The position numbers were made by a program, and so were the translations under genes. From Pseudovirgaria hyperparasitica (Eukaryota), in assembly GCA_010093815.1 (NCBI GenBank), contig ML996573.1: a stretch of DNA of 64,000 nucleotides, one strand, 5' to 3'. The notes below the pieces were generated by a model. It searched no databases and was not told the DNA's origin. It worked only from the letters and a program-made list of their open reading frames with translations. How positions within the stretch are numbered: position 1 is the stretch's first letter; each line of letters begins with the position of its first letter. This document shows positions 56,021 to 64,000 of the stretch, piece by piece.

Positions 56021-58180
56021 ATGGAGGAATTCCCACACGATCCAACCCTTTGCAATGAGGAGGAGTCGGTGCTCACATTTCACAGCGACGACAGGCTCTG
56101 TATTTACTGTTCGAAAGCCATTGAGGGAATAATCGAGCCAAATGAGGAGCCCTGGGAAATTACCATGGGTGCCTTCGATCAACTAAGGCATCCGAACCGC
56201 AGGGCCGCCGGCCCAGCAATAGGGTATCTTCACATACATCACGATGGTACTGTGCGTACCTTGCGGCACGAGAGGCATAAATGCCCAATGTGCTTTGTTG
56301 TGGAGGGATACTTGTCGCTTAAGATTAAGATGGGAGGACCCCAGTGGTCTTTAATAAATGATGGACATTATCGTATCGTCTTTCAACAACACCTAAACAA
56401 GTTGGAAATCGCCCTTGAAATCAGAATCGACGCGCCCCCGCCCCCGAGCGATCGCATGACTGATTGGAGATTTAAAACATTCATTTACGACTTATATGTG
56501 CTGGAAGAACCCAACGACCCTTTTTGGGAATCCGACGGAGGGTTTCAAATTCGTCCTAAGAACGTGGACCGGCCTTGTTTTCACACAAGATTTAATACCC
56601 ATCCTAGTTCCGATGCAACGTTCAACGAAGTCAAGGTCTGGCTCCAGCAATGCAAAGACCAGAAGCTCCATCCCCGTTGTCAATGGAAAATGCAGGAGCT
56701 TCCAAAACGTATCATTTATCTTGGCATAGAAACGCCGCCCGAATGGGTATATCTACATGACGGATGCGGCAGAATCGAAGAATATGTGACATTAAGCTAT
56801 TCCTGGGGCTCATCACCGCCATTCCGTACCACTTGCGATAACATAACAAGTCATTTCAATGGTATAGCAACCTCGACTCTTCCAAAGACGCTGAAAGACG
56901 CAGTTCTTATCGCATCCCGTTTAGGCTTTCGCTATATATGGATAGATGCTCTATGTATTGTTCAAGACGATAAAGACGACTGGGCTGAGCATGGTCCTGT
57001 CATGGCCCAAATCTACAGCAACTCCGCACTCACAATATCGGCGACGGGTTCCGCAGACTGTGAAAGCGGCATATTCACTGATCTAATGAAATATGGCACA
57101 GAAATCGGATCATTCCGCCATAGGTCAGATGTAAAATACCGTCGCTCGGTGTTCTTCGACCAACGAAGGGACTTCGGAGGGCCCGCTGGTCATCTTTTCA
57201 CGCGAGGCTGGACATTCCAAGAACACCTCGTCTCACCTAGAGTCTTACATTACACAGGCTCTGGGGTAACGTGGGAATGCTTCAGCATCTTCCATCGGCA
57301 AGGCAGCCCCGAGAACCTGTTCCGAGTCAATACTTCAACAGAGTCAGAGTGGGCAACGCAAAATGCCTTATACAAGAGGATTGCCGAGCCACAATCGCAG
57401 CATACATTCGAGAACTACGTGAACAGAATGGAAGCATATCACAAATGGCATAAGTGGGTTGTCGATTTCTCCTCACGCGATCTCACGCATGTGAATGATA
57501 AGCTACCTGCAATGGCCGGAATCGCAGCCCATTTCTCTACTAATATGCAGAGCACTTACCTTGCTGGTCTGTGGAAGGAAAACTTCGTAAGTGATCTGCT
57601 CTGGGAACGCAGGTCGCTACAGCTACAACACCATACCGGGATTGCACCGTCTTGGAGCTGGGCATCGGTCTCTGGGTGGCTAGACTATCATTTTGACAGC
57701 TTTGAATATGTACTGACAGGGTCGCGGTACGACATAGCGATTTCGAGCGTAGATGTACAAGAATCTGTTACCGGGTCGTTTGGGCGCGTAACCGACGCAC
57801 GAATCATAACACATGGCTGGCTCCAGGAGGTAAAGCTGGTCCGGCTCACTTTCCTTCGTAAGCGCAATGAACATAGCGCTGAGCACGGCTTCGTGGAACG
57901 TACGGACGTCGCGTGCAAATTGGACCACCTTGAGGATGTCAGTATGGAGCCCATATGGTGTTGGGCATTGCGAATAGGATTGTTTGTTCCAACGGGTCTA
58001 CGCTCCCCTAACGATGCTCGCATTGCAATGCTGCTCCTTGACAGAGTCGGTCCGCCGCAGGACAACACATTTAAAAGAATTGGGTTAGCATATACCGTGT
58101 CCTGGTATGATGACAGAGGCCCTCCTCTACCGGAGGACATTTGTGTTTCAGGATCCTGGCAGAAAATGGTGTTGATCTGA
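56021..58180 (+). CDS. HET-domain (heterokaryon incompatibility, TOL/HET-6-like) protein, intronless
   Basis: HET motifs YVTLSYSWG, LPKTLKDA..LGFRYIWIDALCIVQDD..DW..MAQIYSNS.LTISA, LFTRGWTFQE; downstream DKLPAMAGIA, YLAGLW, APSWSWAS, FKRIG. Confidence 0.93.
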   Translation: MEEFPHDPTLCNEEESVLTFHSDDRLCIYCSKAIEGIIEPNEEPWEITMGAFDQLRHPNRRAAGPAIGYLHIHHDGTVRTLRHERHKCPMCFVVEGYLSLKIKMGGPQWSLINDGHYRIVFQQHLNKLEIALEIRIDAPPPPSDRMTDWRFKTFIYDLYVLEEPNDPFWESDGGFQIRPKNVDRPCFHTRFNTHPSSDATFNEVKVWLQQCKDQKLHPRCQWKMQELPKRIIYLGIETPPEWVYLHDGCGRIEEYVTLSYSWGSSPPFRTTCDNITSHFNGIATSTLPKTLKDAVLIASRLGFRYIWIDALCIVQDDKDDWAEHGPVMAQIYSNSALTISATGSADCESGIFTDLMKYGTEIGSFRHRSDVKYRRSVFFDQRRDFGGPAGHLFTRGWTFQEHLVSPRVLHYTGSGVTWECFSIFHRQGSPENLFRVNTSTESEWATQNALYKRIAEPQSQHTFENYVNRMEAYHKWHKWVVDFSSRDLTHVNDKLPAMAGIAAHFSTNMQSTYLAGLWKENFVSDLLWERRSLQLQHHTGIAPSWSWASVSGWLDYHFDSFEYVLTGSRYDIAISSVDVQESVTGSFGRVTDARIITHGWLQEVKLVRLTFLRKRNEHSAEHGFVERTDVACKLDHLEDVSMEPIWCWALRIGLFVPTGLRSPNDARIAMLLLDRVGPPQDNTFKRIGLAYTVSWYDDRGPPLPEDICVSGSWQKMVLI

Positions 58181-59037
58181 GGATGATGCTGCATTTGCCT
58201 CCCGTGTTCGAGCTGAGCTGGATTCTTATAGACTCGTAACCTTAACCTCGGAATGTATGTACAGCCAGCGCAGTCCGTCCGGCTCGGCAGAGACACAATC
58301 CCAGGAACCAAACATAGCGAAGAGCGAATTCGTTCAGATCCATGTTGCACATCCCAGCATTCAGACGACGGTTATGGGCGCACAGCATGATGCACACACA
58401 GCCACTGATTTCATGTCACTCCAAGGGCGTTGAACAGCCTCCTCAGGGCACAAAAGCTTATCCTGACGGCATGTTTCACGGATGACAGAATGGAGAGAGA
58501 CGATGTATAGAAGTGCCGAGTCAGTAATGGCTTCTTTGGTAACAGAACGTTCACGACCATTCTCCGCGGTCGACACCGTCGCTCATCCATCCATTTATCC
58601 ATCCATCCATACGGTCACACCTCTCTCTGCGCTTTCACATCCCCATTCCCGGCCTTGAGCAAAGTCGCAACTCTCCACAAACCAGTGACACAGCAACATC
58701 ACCATGGTTATGGCGAAGAAAGAACAACAGAATCATGAATCGCCATCCAGACAAAACCCCCGGTCAAGTACACTCCGGAACGACTGGGCCGCCGCCGCCG
58801 CCGCCGCCGCAGCGGAGGAAGGAGAGACTGCGCCACGTGTGTGGACGGGCAACACGGGCAGCAAGCTAGGGAGTTTTACCAAGCAGCCGATAATTATTAC
58901 CCATCCATGGGAATGGAAGATCCGGAATATTACTAAAGGGCCAAATCTCCTGGCTGGCGCCGCCACAGACATGGCGCATAGAATCATATGCAGCCCTTCC
59001 GAGGCTCGCACACATACATGCACGCATACATATTTCG

Positions 59038-59124
59038 CAGTCAGTCAGTCAGTCAGTCAGTCAGTCAGTCAGTCAGTCAGTCAGTCAGTCAGTCAGTCAG
59101 TCAGTCAGTCAGTCAGTCAGTCAG
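59038..59124. repeat. (CAGT)n perfect microsatellite, about 21 copies
   Basis: Directly visible. Confidence 0.97.
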
Positions 59125-60696
59125 GCACAGCCTGCACATTCAACCCGTGTGTGATGACTTTGTGATGTCTTGCTTTTCTGCTGCAAGGGACGGACTGACT
59201 GGCTCGCTGGCTGGCTGGCTGACCGACTGACTGGACGGCCCAGATCGCCTGCTCCATCCAGACATCCAGCCTTGTGCGTTCCAAGGGATCGTATATGTAC
59301 TGTATGCATTAGACGTGCCTCGGTGGGGGGCGTCCGTCGTCGTTGTCGTCAAACCAAATAATGCCAACAACAATCACAACCCTCCGTCTAAAAATACTCC
59401 CAAGCCAGCTGCTAACCAAAGGGGTGAGAATCCCAGACATCATCTGCCCTCCTCCCTTTTTCAAACATCTGATGAGGCATGTCTGTCTGATGGATGCAAT
59501 GTGCTCATCACAGCCGATCATGCATGCATGCATGCATGCATGCCGCACATCTCGTGTTTCGCAAACTCCAGCCCTACCAACAACAGCAACAACAATAACA
59601 ACTTCTTCTCGCCGAAAATAATCCCCCGCAGGACAGTAAGGAAGGATAGGAATAGGAATAATTATGGCGCTAATGGAGCTTGCCATGCCCACGCTTCCGT
59701 CGCTTGTTTTAGTTGGTTGTCTCGAAGGGGTCTTGCAGCGAACTACTGTAATTACTGTCTGGCAATACAGTACATACCGATCCATGGGTGATGTAGGTCG
59801 CGGTATGCTAATTCGGTACCTTAGTTAATTATGCAACGGGGCAAGACGTCAAATGGATGGGGGCTGGGCAGGCAGGCAGGCAAGCGGGCGCGCGGGGAGG
59901 CTGTGCAGGAGGGAGAATTGATCGTCTGAGTCGATACGAAACCGGCGGCGGTCGCCTTGCTGAATGAACCCACCGGGACGAGGATTGTCTCATGTACCGA
60001 TGTTGCATGTTGCATGATAATGCACAGCACGACGATGAACGAAGACTGGGACGATATGGCAGCAGAGCAATGTCACATCGTCCGAGACCCAGACGAGGCT
60101 TCTCTCAATATTGTTGGGAGGCAGCCGGAATAGGCAAAGGATAGAGGTGTGGCGTCACGCAGCGTCTAGGCCCTAAAGCAAGGGGAAATTGGGACGCGTT
60201 GATAGCCCCCCATGGGCGCAAGACCGAGACCCCGTTTTAGCCTCATTTAGGCGCCACCCACACCTCAATAGCGCTCCGTTGCCCGTTGCGTTGCTTTCCT
60301 ATACTACGCTTACGCTTTACCTGTCTACCTTATCCACGGGCTGCCGCTGTCCCGCGCCTCCTGACTCAGCTCAGCCGCGTGAGGTCTGCTGTCGCCCTGT
60401 GAGTGTGTGATGATATCTATGGAAGCTGTCGCCCACCCCCTTCTCAGCTGCTTCATCTTCACATATTAACAACAACTACTACAACTCCCATTCACACCTT
60501 ACGCCTTTGTTTTTCGGCTCCTTCTGCATATTCTATCCACTGTCGCTTTCTCACACTACTATCTCCCGGATTTGCTTCGCTGCATATATCTGCGAGACAC
60601 CACCGTCGTTTTCTGGCATCATCGTTGTTGTGTTTGCTTTTCTCAACCTTGCCCCCCTATCGCTTAACACAAACATCCTAGCTATACCATACTACC

Positions 60697-61964
60697 ATGG
60701 CTCTGCGTTACTCGACTGCTGCCCTGGCAGCTCTCCTACCTTTCGTCTCCGCACAGACCTTTAGTGCTTGTAATCCCATGAAGAAGAGTGGTTGTCCAGA
60801 TAACCCCGCTCTACCCCAGACTTTCGAGTCCGACTTCCGCAAGGGCGAGAGCGCCTTCGATGGCTGGAATGCTATCGCTGGACAGCTCAGCTACCAAGGA
60901 GATGGTGCTCACTTCACCATCGAGAAGCAAGGCCAGTCTACCACTATTCAGACTGATGGCTATGCCATGTACGGTCGCTTCGAGGTCCGGACGAAGGCTG
61001 CTGCGGGTACCGGCATCGTTTCCAGTATCGTTCTACAGTCAGAGTCCCTGGACGAGTTCGATTGGGAGTTCCTTGGCTCGTCTCCCAATGAAGTCCAGGT
61101 CAACTACTTTGGGTAAGACCTACCTATGCCATACTCATGTAGCATCACTCTAACGATCCACACAGCAAGGGAGACACGACCACATATGACCGTATGACTC
61201 GCAACCCTGTTGCCAATGCCCAAGCCAACGTTCATACCTACATTGTTGACTGGAACGCCGAGCGTGCCGAGTTTTGGATCGACTCTACCCGCGTGCGTGT
61301 CATCACCCGCGCCGAGGCCAACGGAGGTGCAAACTACCCGCAAACACCCATGAACCTCCGCATCGGTATCTGGGCTGGTGGTGACCCAAACAACGAGGAG
61401 GGAACCATTGCATGGGCTGGTGGCAAGACAGACTTCAGCCAGGCGCCTTTCACGCAGGTCCTTGAAAGCATAAAGATCACCAACTTCAGCCCCGGCAGTG
61501 CATACAAGTGGACGGACATGAGCGGCAACAGCGACAGCATCGAGGTCGTTGGTGGCGATGCGGTGCAGTCTCCAAGCAAGCCGGATGAAGAGGCCCCATC
61601 TTCCACACCCACTCCATCTGCGGCGCCTTCATCGTCCGGCGCAGAGTCTTCATCTGCTCCTGAGTCTGCTGGCCCGAAGGAATCGGCCGCTTATGCCCCT
61701 GGTGGTCTTGGTGGTGGCAATGGTGGTGTCACACAGCAAGCCACTACTCTTGCACCTGAGGCTACCGCAGTCGTCAACTGCTCAGCGGGTGCAACTGATA
61801 GCTTCTGCCAGACCGCGGCCGTTGTCACTCCTGCTCCTACTCCTTCTGGTGCTGGCAATGGCGGTGCCGGAACCCAGCCAACTGGCACTGGTGCTGCGCC
61901 TAGGGCCACTGCCATCGGCGGTATCGCTGTCGCGGCTGGTGTTGTCGCAGCTCTTCTTTCATAG
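60697..61964 (+). CDS. GH16 Crh/Crf1-family chitin transglycosylase, secreted and probably GPI-anchored; intron 61113-61165
   Basis: Signal peptide, QTFSACNP..CP, catalytic DEFDWE, NYFG|KGDTTTYDR, YPQTPM..GIWAGGD..GTIAWAGG, S/T/A-rich tail and hydrophobic C-terminus. Confidence 0.93.
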
Positions 61965-63290
61965 AGCATAGATGTTCGAGCTAGAAGGATGGAAGAGGTC
62001 TTTATTTTTTTCTGCTGTCAGAGTAGAGGTTGCATATGTGGTGTTGGGTATCTGTCTTTTTCCTCCGTTGATACAGATCCGGAGATGTATGAGTATCATC
62101 AGAATGTGAGCATCTGCTTTAGACGTCTAATATCAAGTAGAACATGTTATGAGTGTGAGACAATGAAAGAACTTTCGACAAGCGGCGTGTGATATGGCTC
62201 CAGTGACAGTTCGTGGACTCGCGTCAATTGTATGTGATGGGTGAAGAAGCGGGGCACCTGTCCTGTTGATGGATGGCAGCAAATGCTGACTCGGACGGCG
62301 TTTCACTGCTGCAGCCTGAGGCAGAATTGCTCCGCGGGGTAGGCTCACGGGCGTACTTGTGGCTTATTAAGCGAATGCTGGCTGGCTGATGTTAGTGCAA
62401 GTGAGGTCGATCAGTGCATCGGAACAATCTACATACAGGTCGCCTGACTGTTATGTACAGTATGAGAGGCATATCTAGTAGTAGTGTTTGTGTTTGTGTA
62501 TGTATCGCACAATGAACTCTGTCACTTTTCCTGTCCTGTGCAAGCTCGTGTATTCAGTGCGGCGACGGGCACGGGCAGTAAAACACGTTCTGTAACTAGT
62601 TATTCCTCTTTTCTACACAACACTTGGAACTCAGATCTGGCCGGCCGATCCCGGAGCTTGGTACATGTCACAATTTTGATTAATGGCCAATGTTTTTCGA
62701 TTGGCACATGCTCGAAAGTCTTAGCTCACTCAATTCATTAACCTATGTTATTACTCAAAACTTGAGATCTTACAGATAGTCCTCCACGAGTTAGGCCAAA
62801 CGCCCCCATTTTCGGTTCTCTCGGTTTTTATATCAATACAATGTTGTCTTCCTTGCCATAACTTTATAAACCCGATAATCTCTCATTTCTTTGACGACCT
62901 ACCTGGGCATTCCTTCTCTTTGCCCCCCCCGGCTCTTTGATCGCCTCGTTACCCAAATCATATCCCGCACTCACTATCCAACGCAAATTTTGGATCTTAC
63001 AAAGATGTATCAGAGCGCATAGCTCTGATTCTAGCTCACCATTGCAAACTCTCTCTGAGGACGCCCCCACCACGAATTTCAACGTCATTTCCAGGTGCAG
63101 ACAAACCGAGCTATCACACGCGCATCCATAACTATACCTCCGCATACCTCCGATCCTCTAGTCGCAGCGTCGCGACACACTTACAAGACGTCCAGTCTCC
63201 ACTCCGATCTGGCCGTTATTCTTTCACTCCAGGACTGATATTTCTCTTTCCAACACATTCTCATCGCCTTCATACCGGTCTTCGCCAATT

Positions 63291-64000
63291 ATGAAGCCCC
63301 AAATACCGAGACTCGAAGACTTTGGCATCTCTCCCGAATACGGTTTCCTTCCACCCGAATTGCCTCTGCTCCGCCTACCCAACCCGTACTATGCACAATG
63401 GGAGGCTGTGATTAGCAACCTGCAGGGTCTGGTGTTAAGCAAACGCCTGCGTGAGGTTGTACTCCGTCTACCAGTCCTGTCCACCGAACATCTCGAAACA
63501 GATTCCGAGTGGAGACGTGCATATGTAGTACTAGCATTTCTGTCGCATGCTTACATCTGGGGAGGGGACGTTCCGAGTGAGGTAAGTGCATTGCCACATA
63601 CTGTTTGGTTGCATTTTCAAGCAGAGCCCTGAGATCATGGATTGACCAATGATGTAGATCGTACCACCGCCGATCTCGCTACCCTTTCTGCAAGTTTGTC
63701 GATATCTGGAATTACCACCCGTCGCAACATACGCCAGCGTAGTCCTGTGGAACTGGCGACCGGTATTCGACAACGAACCTATCGACACTCTGTCCAACCT
63801 CGCTACACTCAACACTTTCACTGGCTCTCTCGATGAATCATGGTTCTACCTTGTGTCCGTTGCCATCGAGGCCAGAGCGGCCCCAATTCTCCCCATGATG
63901 CTTGATGCGATATCAGCAGCTCGTCGTGGAGATACATTGGTGGTTACAGACTGTCTTCGTGACTTCGCAGAGCGACTCGACGAACTCGGCACCTTACTAC
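63291..64000 (+). CDS. Indoleamine 2,3-dioxygenase (BNA2/IDO-like), 5' part only; intron 63582-63657
   Basis: GFLP..PL.RLP..Y..WE, EWRRAYVVLAFLSHAYIWGG, spliced PPPISLPFLQVC..LELPPVATYA..LWNW, TFTGSLDESWFYLVSVAIE. Confidence 0.92.

Noticed and set aside
57688..58350. 220-aa antisense ORF over the HET gene
   Set aside because: No recognisable motifs; overlaps a well-supported gene.
50405..64000. Secondary-metabolite cluster around the GST fusion and IDO
   Set aside because: No backbone synthase, transporter or cluster transcription factor; intervening genes are functionally unrelated.

Overview
Eukaryotic fungal genomic DNA: short GT-AG introns with CTRAY branch points, Pezizomycotina-type proteins and RIP-like mutation. 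A Dothideomycete origin is plausible but is only my inference. I can support 16 protein-coding genes: a conserved hypothetical protein with a 46-aa repeat insert, a TauD dioxygenase, UPF1, IMP4, PLC1, a HEIP1/REDIC1-like protein, a CECR5-type HAD hydrolase, REX3, a DUF676 lipase, a Bug1-like golgin, a Ser/Pro-rich protein, a GST fused to a CmcJ/NvfI/AsaB-type oxygenase, an annexin, a HET-domain protein, a GH16 Crh transglycosylase and a partial IDO. They are separated by long microsatellite-rich intergenic tracts. At about 34.7-36.5 kb lies an AT-rich RIP-scarred island holding a Gypsy-like gag relic and a 159-bp tandem array. The best novelty candidates are the GST::Fe/2OG-oxygenase fusion, the RIP-degraded 159-bp (53-codon) array, the HEIP1/REDIC1-like gene, a putative spliced non-coding transcript at about 11.3-13.5 kb, and the head-to-head annexin/HET pair. 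All calls come from reading the sequence and recalled motifs; no database search was run.
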